Shown: positions 27,068 through 39,860, counted from the first letter of the whole stretch. The stretch: 63,814 nucleotides of DNA, filler included, from Rhabdomonas costata (GCA_019059605.1; 57 parts of 57 records of this genome joined end to end with filler, not necessarily neighbours in it); one strand, 5' to 3'. Numbers and translations are program-made. Notes: generated by a model from the letters alone, not told the origin.

Positions 27068-27445
27068 GTGGACGAGGCGTGTTTTGGCCACGTGAAAAAA
27101 AAACGATGCCGCACAAGCCCAAGAGGGGGAAGCAGTACATGGTGAAGCACGGAGAATGGTGGGCTGCTGTTCCTCGAGGCGAGACTTTGTGATGCAGGAT
27201 ATTCCCAGTAAACCCCGGCGTGGACCGCCTAAGAAGACAGACGTGATGCCGTTGGTTGAGAGGTGGGTCAAGGAAGGAAGCATCGTGATGTCCGACGGGC
27301 TGAAATGCTACCGCGCACTGAACACACGAAAGAAATACAAACACAAGAAGTACACTCAGAGGTACGTGCGGCACGGGCGTAAGCCCAATCCAGAGTTTGT
27401 CCGACCCGTCAAGGTGGACAACATCTTTCTCATTGCAGGGACACA
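27068..27445 (+). mobile_element. Merlin / IS1595(ISXO2)-like DDE transposase, frameshifted
   Basis: VDEACFG (first D) ...KRGK...WWAAVPRG ...DVMPLVERWVKEGSIVMSDGLKCYRAL (second D) ...VRH...EFVRP...GTQKL; two frame changes needed to join the motifs. Confidence 0.75.
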
Positions 27446-27563
27446 GAAGCTGCTCGATCTTCTTATATATTCTGAGGGATGCCTGGAGACTTCTGGGGAC
27501 CTTTTGCAAGACTGCTGTGGAGGGCTGTCGTTGTTTCTTTTGCTTCGTGTCCTGTGGGATTGC

Positions 27564-27695
27564 GGGTCCGTAAAATACACCTGATCCACAACTCCCGGAT
27601 GGATTGCCCTGCGTGGGATACCTTGGGTCCGTAAAATACACCGAAAACAGGGGGGGTCCCCAAAATACACTTGATACGAGGGGGTCCCCATAATG
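27564..27695. repeat. Short direct repeats GGGTCC(G/C)(T/C)AAAATACAC downstream of the transposase (subterminal-type repeats)
   Basis: Copies at about 27564, 27625 and 27654, with a degenerate copy near 27680. Confidence 0.7.
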
Positions 27696-28296
27696 CCGTA
27701 GCACCAATAAGTTATAAGAGGTCAGTAGCGATGCTCCCCAGAATATTGTTGTGAAAAGGGAACTGCTCTTATTGTTTCAAAGAATTTGGGTGAAAAGAGC
27801 GCGCAAACTCTTTGAAACAAAAGGGCCGCCGTCGAATTTCCCACTTCCTCATTCCTGGCCGATTATCGGGGATTACCCGCTCTTGCTGGGCGGATTAGCC
27901 TCGATGTCGCAATAAACACCCACACGCGCAGGGACCAAACCCNNNNNNNNNNNNNNNNNNNNNNNNNNNNNNNNNNNNNNNNNNNNTTAATTAATTAANN
28001 NNNNNNNNNNNNNNNNNNNNNNNNNNNNNNNNNNNNNNNNNNGTGGGTGGGGAAGAGGGTTTTTAAAACCCTGTATTAAAAACCCTCTTCCCCTCCTCCC
28101 TATTTTGATGTAAAAAAAAATATCGCATAGCCTTTTCTTGCGTACCCTGAACACTCTGTGCGCTGGACTATTGCAACTGATCAGCTTTTGGGATTTCGTA
28201 CATTAAAAATTGCATTTGAACTTTCCTCCCCCCGCCCCTACTGATTATGCACTTGGAAGGGGTGTGGAGATGTGTGAAAATGAAAACACCGCTTCC

Positions 28297-28443
28297 CCGC
28301 GAGCTTTCACAAGCTCCGCACTGAGCTCCATGAGAGCCTTCTTATTGGCCTCTTTTTGCTCGTCGGCCTGCTGCCGGAGCTTCGCGATCTTCTGAGCCAC
28401 CTCCTTGTGGGACTGCTCGCGCTCCTCCCGCAACAAGGCGACC
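28297..28443 (-). CDS. Coiled-coil protein exon
   Basis: VALLREEREQSHKEVAQKIAKLRQQADEQKEANKKALMELSAELVKAR; CCAG acceptor. Confidence 0.55.
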
Positions 28444-30469
28444 TCTGGAGAAAAGCCGGCAACAGTGGGAGCAGTGCAAGGCAAGACTCTCTGATGAAAG
28501 GGATTCAGAGAGAAAAATGTCTCCACTATCCTATCCAGCTTGCTTAACATGCTCCACTCCCCAGCCCCCGTTTCAAGTGAGGCCAAAACATCGTCAGCAA
28601 ACAATCAAACCCTGTTTGCTGTCAACCAGAGTCACTTGCTATTTTCTTCCAACTCATTCAAGCGAGAGAGACTTTCTCAGAACAACATGCTTTGCTTGAA
28701 TAAAAAAGGCACCTTTTTCAACTTGCTCCAGTTTTGCATGCTTGCTCTGCAAGGTGGCATGAAGAAGTTGTCGATCCTGCAAGGGAAAAAGCGGAGCACG
28801 AGAAATCAGTACACTCCGTCCGGGAGGGGGGGGGGTAGTCGGCAAAAAGGTAGCCTCATTCCCAACAACCGCCAGCAAGCAAACCATAAATTAACTCGCA
28901 GGATCCAGGGGGAAACTTCAAAGAATAGAAACGGGCAAATTTAGCGTTGGTGACATTTCCTAGACCGTGGTGCGGGACAAGGAAGTGACAAAGGTTCTGC
29001 AACTCACTATTACCCAACAAGGTGCTGAATGCAGGGCCTGGTTTCAACCCCTGAACAACACAANNNNNNNNNNNNNNNNNNNNNNNNNNNNNNNNNNNNN
29101 NNNNNNNTTAATTAATTAANNNNNNNNNNNNNNNNNNNNNNNNNNNNNNNNNNNNNNNNNNNNCCCTGAGGGTGCCCTCAGAGCAGCAGCCCATGCCGCC
29201 TTGGGTGAGTGCCAAGAGGATCGGGAGGGGGGGAGGCACCGCAGCGCAGTTTTTGATTGGGATTACCAAAATGCACAAGCTTGACGCACCAGTTTAAGGA
29301 CCTATTGCCATAACGCAAGCAAGACAGGAGGCAGACCGACAAGCTCGACAGACAAGTAAGAAATTGCCCGAAACAGAACAAATAACAAAATGTGTCTTCC
29401 AAAACGTTTCACTCATATGAACTCTTTCCCAAAGCATGCCCATTGAGGTAATCCGTTAGTTTCTAAGCTGCCAGTAACCAAAGAGCAACTGGCCGCCAGC
29501 TCTACGGAGAGCGGGTATGTCTGCAAACCTAGGAGCTTCGCCATTCGTTTTGTTCTTGGGAAGACTAGAGCGGTCAGTGCAATGCGTTCATGCTCGCTAA
29601 TGAAACGGCTTGTGTTGATCGCAGAAGGTGAATGCGTGATATTCATTCATATCATTCACATGTAGTTTGCTCCGGGCAGGTGTCTGCGAGATTGATATGC
29701 AAATCATCGATATCTCGACTGAAGGTTGCACCCTCCCCTTCTTGTGTTGTGGCACAACAATGAATGCGCTGCGCTGTGTGCATTATTATGTGCTGCCCTG
29801 ATTTTTTACTCTTCGAACTCCTTGAACTGCATCAGCGATGAGTGGAGCTGGGGAAGGGATCCCCATCGAGACCGTCGCCAGCATTGCCTTGGAGTCGGTG
29901 CTCGCTCCTCCTTCCACCGTCATGTCCTCGGGAACAACCGACCCCTCCATTGCATCTCCACAACCCTCAGCACCTTTTCCAGACTGCCAGAGCGCTGGCT
30001 GTGGGGACCCTTTGAGGACCACTACCGGGGACCTCGGAGGAGGTGCTGCCGGGGAGAGTGATGACGAACGGGTTCTAGTAGAGACATTGGCGGGTTGTGC
30101 CACTACCTCTGACACCCCCGGTGGACAGTGCGACTTGAGCGGCGATTCGCCCAGTTCGCCTGAGACGAACAGACCAACCACACANNNNNNNNNNNNNNNN
30201 NNNNNNNNNNNNNNNNNNNNNNNNNNNNTTAATTAATTAANNNNNNNNNNNNNNNNNNNNNNNNNNNNNNNNNNNNNNNNNNNNGTGTTGGGGTGTGTTT
30301 GGTTGTTGTGGTGGAACACAAGGGGCAGCCACAGGAGAATATGGCGTCAGTGAGGGTGCTGGTGGTTCTATGTTACTTGTCCATACTCTTCATATTTTCG
30401 GTGCGAATTCAACTTCTTTGCCTTCATCACGGCAATTCTTCTATTCACGGTCACGAGAAGATTGGCAGG

Positions 30470-30503
<34 letters not shown>

Positions 30504-32949
30504 AGTAAGGAATGTGGAAATGAGTGGTAGCGCAGGAGGTCGGGTTCCGCTAGAACCGGATCCTGGATGATGACACTCCACTCTCTCAGTTACGGGGAAG
30601 AGAGGATTCCCTCTTCGGCACGTAGAGGCTGTGTGGTGGGCAGCACGGGCTTCAGCCTCTGGTGGTCTCCCTGGGGAGCTGGGGGAAGCGCGCAGCTGCT
30701 CGGCTCACTCGTTGTTTGATCACCAAGAGCTTCAGGTTTTGCATCCGCCTCCGCTGCAATCTCAATGGAAGGGCGCCAGGAAAACGCGCGCGCTGTTGGA
30801 GGTGTTTATTTTGGGAGACCCCCCCCCCTCGCTCTCGCTGGACCGGGGTGCCGGGATACTCTTGCAGGGGTTGTTGAATCATATACAACCACGCCTCTAA
30901 GCTATCCCCAAAATTCAACGACAGTGAGTTGCGCAGCCGCTCAACTAACTACGGGTCACTTACCTCCAGCACCAAGAACCATCTGAAGCAAGCCAGGTCC
31001 CCGTCAATGCATGGGGAGAGTATTTTCCTATTCACTATTTCGTGGCCACCAAAACAGAACCAAGGCGAAAAGCCAACGTAGGAAAGAACGTGAACAAGAC
31101 CAAAGGCACCAATAGTATCGAGATAATAACACAGTGGAGAAAGTAATCTCACGTGGGCGAGTGTGAAACGCCCACGCAGAACCAATATTAAAATTCGAAC
31201 GAAGCAAAGCAGCTAAATTCAGTCGCTGAATCGCGCAGATCGAACCCTCCAAGAGAAATCAAACGGAACCTCGCGCGCCTCGGCAGCACTTCAGAGACCC
31301 AACACANNNNNNNNNNNNNNNNNNNNNNNNNNNNNNNNNNNNNNNNNNNNTTAATTAATTAANNNNNNNNNNNNNNNNNNNNNNNNNNNNNNNNNNNNNN
31401 NNNNNNGGTTGTGTTGTACATACATAGAGCAACGCTTTCTTAACGTTGTTGAATGAATAATGGCCAAAACATTTTGTACTTAAAAAGTGTCTTGTATCTT
31501 TGCATTTGCCTTCAAAACATTGTCGCAGGCGGTCTTTCTCTGAGCGTCTTACTTTTATTTTACGTCCTTGGATTGTAGTGGCTATGTGTTCCACTTCTGA
31601 AATCCTGTAACACGACTTAGCTTTCAATAAGTGAGCGCTGCAGTGGTTTACCATTGTTGAAACCCATGACAAAGCTGACTTTATCACCACTCTTGTCTGG
31701 CTTCCGCTTTTAGTGCATTGCTGTGTCGACCGGAGTCCTACCTGCACGAGACATCTGGTTACCATGGGTTACCAGGGGTTACCAGTGGTGGTTTGCACTC
31801 GCTAAGTCAGCCCAGTCTCGGATACCTGAGCTCTTTCATACAACTGGAGGCTTTTTGTCTGCAACTGTGCAGTGAAAAACTCAAAAAGTTTCTTTCATTG
31901 TGTGAGATTTGGACTGTGAAATACCAAAGTAGTTTCACAGCCGCTAGCAAGCACAGACTGCGATTAGATTCAACCTATACAGGGTGAATTATTCATAATC
32001 TGTCTGCCTATGGTGGACCGTTTTTACACCGCTGAGGGATAACAACACTTCCGACTTCGGATTAGATCATGAAAAGCAACAATTGGTCATTACTATTTGT
32101 CATCAGCTCCACGTATTTATCAGGCTGTTGTATGAACCCAGGTGATGTTGCGAGTATTGGCCGTCTGAATAACGTACGCGATTATGCGATTCACACTGAA
32201 AGCGTTTTGAAACGTCCTGTTCAAGCGATCTGGTACACTCAATTTTAACCCATTGTACCCACCGGCCAAATGACACATGTGATAACGAAAAAAACTTTCG
32301 CCATGTTTGACATGATATAACTCTGTCCCATCCAGGCAAGTTTCTAGCAGCCAATTCCACTTTAAGTGATACAGACGGTCAGTGATGACGGACTTTCCTG
32401 TACCCAACACACCCAAACACACCCCAANNNNNNNNNNNNNNNNNNNNNNNNNNNNNNNNNNNNNNNNNNNNTTAATTAATTAANNNNNNNNNNNNNNNNN
32501 NNNNNNNNNNNNNNNNNNNNNNNNNNNTTTTTTGTGGGAACCACTCACACTTGTCGCACAACTGCGCAAGCGCGTTTCGTCTCCTGTTCCACTGAAGCTG
32601 CATCGTCTTTTTCCCAGGTGTGTTCTCGGCGGTCTACTGCACGCTGAAAAAAGTTTTCCCGCAAGTATGTGTTTTGTGTGTTTGCGTGACGCAACGAACG
32701 GTAGTACGACCCACGCTCTTGAGTCACTCATGGCACCTGGCAACGGATGTGTGAACAAATCCTGCCCATTCCTCCTGGTCGGTTGTTTATAGCTGCTTTT
32801 GCGCTGCTGGCGGCTGCCCCGCGAAAATTTGAACCGCGCCGCTGAAAGTTGAACCACGGTGAGATGAGAGGGAGGAGGGAGGAAGCTAGACTCGGTTCGC
32901 CCCTTAAGCCGACTTCGCCTTATGTTGCCTCCATCGTGCAATTTTACAG

Positions 32950-33522
32950 CTTTGCTTCTACACGGCGTTCATCCCCAGCTTTGGGGCAGAGTGGGGGTGG
33001 ACGGTGGCCCACAAGAACTCGGGCGCCGCGGATGTCTCCGTGGCCTCTGACGTGGACCAGCGCCTCGCAAGCCGTGGGCTGACCTCTCTGAGGTCCTGCA
33101 CCATGTCTTCTTTGGGATCTGGAGCTCACGCTTACGTTGAATGCTTGCTGACGACTGCTTATTCGTGGTCTACCGCTTTGGGTCAAGGGCTCCCTGCCCT
33201 CCCATGCGCTTCCTTTTTCCCTGAGATAGAGAGAGAGTTTTCTGTTTTCTGTTTTCTGTTTTCTATTCTCTGAATCACGGACTGTTCGAATTGTTCGAAT
33301 GATTTGTGGTGGTGGTCCAGAAGAAGTCCAAGGTGCCCACAGCGTGCGGACGAATCCCAGTGCTTGGTTGAAACTACCCCACCTGCCTTCTGACCTCTCT
33401 CCTGTGCGCAGGTACTATGACCAAGGCAGCCACACGCGGATGTTCTCGCTTCCGAAACCCGTGAGGAGGGCACTCAGCAGCGAGACCAGGGTGATCAGCG
33501 ACAAAAACCCCATGTACATGAC
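32950..33522 (+). CDS. Polyamine aminopropyltransferase (prokaryotic SpeE / ACL5 thermospermine-synthase type), exons 32950-33092 and 33412 to about 33522
   Basis: YTAFIPSFGAEWGWTVA...VDQRLASRGLTSLR / YYDQGSHTRMFSLPKPVRRALSSETRVISDKNP; in-frame GT-AG splice; this ORF is missing from the track for exon 1. Confidence 0.8.
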
Positions 33523-36500
33523 CACCCCCACCAAACACACCCCAACACNNNNNNNNNNNNNNNNNNNNNNNNNNNNNNNNNNNNNNNNNNNNTTAATTAA
33601 TTAANNNNNNNNNNNNNNNNNNNNNNNNNNNNNNNNNNNNNNNNNNNNGGTTGTGGGTTCTTTGCTGTCTTTCCAAGCAATTTATTCTGATTTAGAAGTA
33701 AAGGGCACCTTCTGTTGGAATTCGGGTTTTGCCTTTTGCATCTGTGTGGATGCGGTGCCTATTGGAGATACGGAAAGGGGGGGAGGGTCTTGGCTGGATA
33801 GATAGCGCCCCACAGTTTGGAAGCAAGGAAATTGTTAGCAGTATCCCAAATGGGCTCCGCGCCCGCGCCTGTGGAAGGGGAACAGCCAGAGAATTGCCGG
33901 CAAGTCATGTTAAACTTCGGTCTTCGGTTGTCGTGCGCATCCGGAATGCTGAACCGAACATCGCTGCGAGCGACTTTCTTGGGAGTGACGGACAGCAGCT
34001 TGATGAAGTCCTGATCCCTGCCATTGCAGACATCCGAAAGTCCGGCAAGAAACAGAAAATGCGGCCATGTCTTGCCAGCAACGAACCACACTGTGTCATC
34101 CCCCATAGAGAATGTCAACAACCAAGCTCTGGACACAGAGTTCTAAAAGGAAATCAAAACCGTAACCTTCAGAGTATGTGGTAACAGACAGACTCTGGAA
34201 ACCTATCTTATATAAATCATGGGAGGACATCTAATAGGACATTGGAGGGCAGACATCCTAACAACAGCCACAGGACAGAGAAAGTGCCAACTGAGGACGT
34301 CGACAGAGAAAGGGAGGCATTGTGTGGTGATCAACAGGAGTGTCGGTGAAGGAAGTAGGGGGGAAACGAAAGGCAGAATCACTCATCACACAACATCAGC
34401 ACAGTTCAAATTCTTTTTTCACAAATCCAACACTGACATCTTCACAGGGGACAGCGTGTTAGTGCGCTGGCTGATGTCAGGTGAGGAAGGGGAAAAAAGT
34501 AGCAGAGGGAGGACGCAGAGGAATAGGTGCACGAAACAGTAACCACGAGACCCTGGAAGTGGGAGAAACGGGGGTGTTTCCTGCACAAGTGACAAGAGAG
34601 GTGCGAACAAGGAAAAAGCCGAACTGGGGGGTGGGGGCGAAAATGTAGTTTGTAGCATGAACACAACAANNNNNNNNNNNNNNNNNNNNNNNNNNNNNNN
34701 NNNNNNNNNNNNNTTAATTAATTAANNNNNNNNNNNNNNNNNNNNNNNNNNNNNNNNNNNNNNNNNNNNGGGTTGTGGGCCACACGGCGCCACCGTCCCG
34801 GGAAGAGGCTGGGCCCCCAGGTCTTCCGTCGAGGAAGAAGCTGAGCCCAATCCACACATAAGCACATGGACAAGCCGGTGATGACATCAGTGCCTGTTTT
34901 CGGATGCTCCCACTCCCATCGGATTCTATGCACTAGAAAGAATAGAACCGGAATTCGCAGGTGTGGAGACAAAAGGATACCTACGTTTAGACTTTTTCGG
35001 CTTGGCCATTCATCAAATAGAAGCCAGCGAAGGGAATGGCATGCGTGCCAAAATGCAGCACTCACCTCTTAGCTTAGGTTCTTGCCTCGCGCGCGCGCGC
35101 TTGGGTGGAAAATGGGTGAAAGCTCCGGAGAAAAACGCGCTGAGGGGCTGGAGGAACACGCTCCATCAGGCTGAACAATGAGAAATGAACAACGTTGTTG
35201 ACACTCCGAACTTTGGTATTAAGTTCAATTTTTACGACGAGTTTTAAGACGACCCAGCTTAAGAGTTACCCAGAAAACAGTTCAGGTGCTTATAAACAGT
35301 TCCCAAGAGACAGTTAATCTGCCAATAACTTTGACTATGGTACATAGGCAAGGGCACATGCTGCTCCCCACTAACCCTGACTAGCTGCTGGACAAAGGCT
35401 AAAGGAGTGGGGCAGCAGTCGTAGGGCCTTCTAGGCCTTCTTTGGCTCGACCATATGGGCGAAAACACCACCGCCCAGGAAACCGCAACCAGTCTGGCGC
35501 TGTGAGCTCCATCCATTTGCGGTTCTCCCCTAGTCAGCCTGCTGCACTCACCCATGCACACACACGCACAGGGAAATTGGAGCTACGGCAGTTTAAAAAA
35601 AGAACATAAAACCTTCGCCTTTCGGAGGAATGCTCAGAAGGCACATCTGGCTGTCATTCGGGCTCAGAAACGCCTGAAATCCGCGAGGCTGCATTTCGGA
35701 GAACTCACCGGCCACGGGAGGCTCCGCTGCTGTGGGACCTCGTCCACACCCTTCGCAGGGGCCCCCGGCCACGCACGCCGACCACCCCCCNNNNNNNNNN
35801 NNNNNNNNNNNNNNNNNNNNNNNNNNNNNNNNNNTTAATTAATTAANNNNNNNNNNNNNNNNNNNNNNNNNNNNNNNNNNNNNNNNNNNNTTGTTTGGGG
35901 TGAGGGTTGTCTAGGCTGGAGCTGTTCTTCCGTCCTGCCGCTGGTAGGAGCTTCTTCTTCTTCTTCTTCTTCTCTTTTGGCATCGGTTCGCTGCGCTCCG
36001 CAGCCCGACATCCCAGGTGCTGGAGCATGGGACATTGTGCGTGTTCCGATCAGAGGTTATTGGTCTCGCCGGAGATTAGGTGGCAATGTACGCAAATGTA
36101 CGCAAGGCGACACACCTGCGGGGGGAGATTGAGAAATTTTTTACCCCGCCCCCCCTTCCTGTGCGTATGTCATTTTCGGCCGATAAAGTCCATAAGCCGG
36201 TAAAATGAGGCGGGGAATGGTGGTATCCCGTGTGTGGTTGGGGCTGCGAACTTGAAGCACATTCATGTTTGAACGGCCGAACAGAATGACGCGCAATGAT
36301 TTTCTCGGAGATGGGGAGGGGTGGTTTCAGGCTCATGTCCATGGAGGCGTCCCCTCGGATGCCGGAGAGGCCGAGAAAGACCGTCCGCTTCTTGGACACG
36401 AGCCCACAACCCTAAGCACTGTGGCTGAGAAAGGGAGTGACAAGAGGCGGACAACGATCGGGACAGCTGTAATTTTCTTTTTTTTTTTGGGGGGGGGGGG

Positions 36501-37332
36501 AGGGCGTTAAACGCTTAGGTCAGAACGTAAGAGCAATGAACGGTTCCGAGGAGATCACAATACAAAACGGATTCAATTGGATGGGGACGATCCAAGGGAT
36601 GGGCGATACTGGCGTTTGGCAGTGCTAAACGTCCAGCGGCGAATGAGGCCCCAACAACCTGTGGCGACCCATGATGGTAACAGTAGCACTGCGCCTGCTC
36701 ATTCGAAAAAAAAGGGTTCAGACGATTGAGTGAGACTCTCTGAACTTAAAGGGTGTAGCAAGAGGGGGGCAGAGAACGAGGGTGTACCTGAGCGTGAAGG
36801 CACTTCACAGCGCTGGGACACGACACTCCTCCGTTGCCGTATTTCCGAGGAACGGCGTCAATGTGAAACCTCCTAAACTCTGAGAAGCGCGAAAAACGGG
36901 TGCACAACAACNNNNNNNNNNNNNNNNNNNNNNNNNNNNNNNNNNNNNNNNNNNNTTAATTAATTAANNNNNNNNNNNNNNNNNNNNNNNNNNNNNNNNN
37001 NNNNNNNNNNNCTCCAATCACTCCCACGCCGGTGTGTGTTTCGGTAGTAAAAGCCCTTCCCCTGTTCTTAGCAAATGTGGGTACAACAAGCACGCGCGAC
37101 AATCGTTCGGGGGTATGGTGATGAAAACCATCGCGTGACTACCGGAACGGCACCCCACCGGTACAACACGGGGCAGCGTTGTGCTAGCGTGCACGCAGTG
37201 ACACAGCAGTAATGGCCTTGCTAATAAATGTGCTCTGCGACGTCCTTCTGCTTTCCCGAACACAACCCCGACCATGCCTAAGATCCCCCTTCCCCACACC
37301 GAACTTCAAGACTCCCTGGAACTTCCACCCAC

Positions 37333-37553
37333 TCGCAACGGCGATCCACACCAGAGCCCAGAACGGCCTCCTGCAGCATCTCCTGAACCTCCGCCTTGGT
37401 CATGCTCTGCAGGGTCTGGGCCTTGGCCTCACTGATGTTAAAGCTGTAGGTGTGAAGCGAGATCTCTGTCCAGATCCCAGAGGCTTCCGAGGCGAGGTCT
37501 GTGGGCTTATTCAGAGTTGTCTTCACAAGAGAGCTGCGGCTTTTCTCGTATTC
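37333..37553 (-). CDS. Insulysin/nardilysin-like M16A peptidase C-terminal exon
   Basis: EYEKSRSSLVKTTLNKPTDLASEASGIWTEISLHTYSFNISEAKAQTLQSMTKAEV fits LI...LEKPKNL..E....W.EI....Y.F......L..LTK. Confidence 0.7.
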
Positions 37554-38205
37554 CTGCGTCCCAACCCATCGCAACCCCAAAACCACTGTCTACCCACACA
37601 TCCGCCGAAACCCCATCACCGAAAAACTATCGGGGGGTGGAAAGTGACAGGGCTTTGACCAACTGGTTCAACTGCTTTAGTCAGTATGAAATTTCTCGCG
37701 TTTAGCTCCAGGCTTGCCTTCCTTTGCTGTCGGGGCTGTTGGCGCGACTAGTTCCCCTGCCCCTGCAGAACAACTTTTCCTCGTCTACATCCTCAGCAAA
37801 GGAAAGACTCAGCCAAACTAACGAGGGAACACCGTGCCAGCAAATCGTCACCATCGGTGAGAGCTCTATCTCCGCTCCTCCTTCATGCTGCACCTGTGGC
37901 CGCTGCAGCCTTCCCGAGGCTAGGTTGACAGATCACACAGTTCAGTCCCACCAACCCGCACAAGCAAGGACTCTACCCCCACATGCATGCTCCCTTCACG
38001 TTCACCCACCACCACCCAAACACACCCACCACNNNNNNNNNNNNNNNNNNNNNNNNNNNNNNNNNNNNNNNNNNNNTTAATTAATTAANNNNNNNNNNNN
38101 NNNNNNNNNNNNNNNNNNNNNNNNNNNNNNNNCCCCCCCTCCCACACACACACACACACCGATTCATTGGTTGCTGAAAATGTGGGTGGGACAGGGCAGA
38201 CACAC

Positions 38206-38914
38206 CGACCAGTACGTCCAAACGATGTGGTTGATCAGGCAGAACCGGCACGTCCACCTGAAGCAATGAAATACAAATACAAACCAATAAAATCCGACCA
38301 CAGGTGCAGTAAACAGGTATGTGTCTGTGTGTCTGTCTGTCTGTGTGTGTGCCACCTGCGGAGCTCCTCAAGAAAGCACTCCCGCTCCGCTTCGGCGTTC
38401 AGCGAGGCGAGCAGCTGGTTGCCCTCCTTTGACGCCTCTAAGTAATACCGCAGGAATCGCCTGCGAAGCGATATTGCAGGAAAGTGATGGGAATCCACAA
38501 AAGAAGGAAACAAGCAGAGATAGCGCTTTGAAATTTCTTCGCAAAACATTTGTTTGGTGGAATGTTTGTGCTTGTCTTTTCTTCACTTGGCTTGCACAAA
38601 CATTGCACAAACATTTTGACATGAATCTGAGGGTCTAATAAGCACAATCTCGCAAAGATGGGGGGCAGCAGTGAGATTCCATCCGGAAAGCGGAAAAATA
38701 TCTCAAATGCATCAAATTATGTTATTCCACACGAAATTAGCTCTGCCATCATGTGAAACTGGGCGTTACGTGAAAAGCGAAGAGCAAAACCTGGCACACC
38801 GCATGTCCGATGTGGTGGGGTGGCACCGCCCCCAGTCACAGCTCAGCCCACTGTACTCGTTAAAGTGATCCGCAAAGTCGTAGGCCCGAAAGTTGTGCAT
38901 GCCATACTCCAAGT
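38206..38914 (-). CDS. Choline/ethanolamine kinase, exons 38827-38914, 38356 to about 38460/38484, and 38206-38257
   Basis: (D)LEYGMHNFRAYDFADHFNEYSGLSCDW (choline kinase motif DxEY..YN.R..D..NHFNE) ...FLRYYL...FCLINHIVWTYWS. Confidence 0.85.
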
Positions 38915-39860
38915 CTACAGGTTACGGAATACGGGAAAACGTCGTGTACATTGAGTTCCACTCGTGAAACAAAGTTCCAACTTTGTGTCCTTTTCGCGAC
39001 GGAAGACCAATCACCAACGATCTCCAAGTGCGACCACTAATCCATAATCTGGATTCCGATGCAAGGGAAAAGCTGCCATGAGCGAAAACGAGACCCAAAA
39101 GAACAGGGCTCACTGGGACCCTGTGAAGGGGCAGCGTTGCGGGACACACACCCNNNNNNNNNNNNNNNNNNNNNNNNNNNNNNNNNNNNNNNNNNNNTTA
39201 ATTAATTAANNNNNNNNNNNNNNNNNNNNNNNNNNNNNNNNNNNNNNNNNNNNGTTTTGTTTTTGTTTCTATGTGGTGGTAGCCGAAGTTGGAAATGGGA
39301 ACTGTCTCCTTCGAAAACGCTGGCCTTATCCCTAGGTATTAACAAAAGTGTTGGAATCCTTGGAACGACTTTTTTCCAGCTCGGTGCCGATTTGGATCAC
39401 ATTTTTGTGAGTTTGCGCCCGCTCATTGTGTTTACATTACCATTCGACAACTCGGCACTGGGATGTGCTGTTTTCTGTGCTTCAGTGAGATAAAATCTGA
39501 AAATAAGCTGGACTAAGGACTGGTGCAAAATGCAGTGGGACAGCTGCGCAATTACTTTTACCGCATCGAGGAAATGTACAGATGACACTTGCGATTTTCG
39601 TGTGTGCTGCCTCTTGCGGGAGGTGGTTCCTTGAAGCAGAGGCTTTTGCTTTTGTTTGGCCTTTGTAATTCGAACTTCAGCAGAGGCTTCCAAAGCGATG
39701 CGTGGGGCGGCGGGTTTCGCTCCAAGGTGGTCCACACTTGTCACGGTTTTCAGGGCAACGCGAGGTGCTGCTTCCACAGCGGCTCCTAAAGATGCTTCCG
39801 TGGTGCTGGTGTGTGCGTAGGCTTGACGTGGGTTAATCTGGAGTGGGACCCTCCCCAAAC

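Noticed and set aside
32120..32422. GTGKS Walker A-like motif on the minus strand
   Set aside because: The start of the motif overlaps primer-like tail sequence and no Walker B or continuing frame is recognisable
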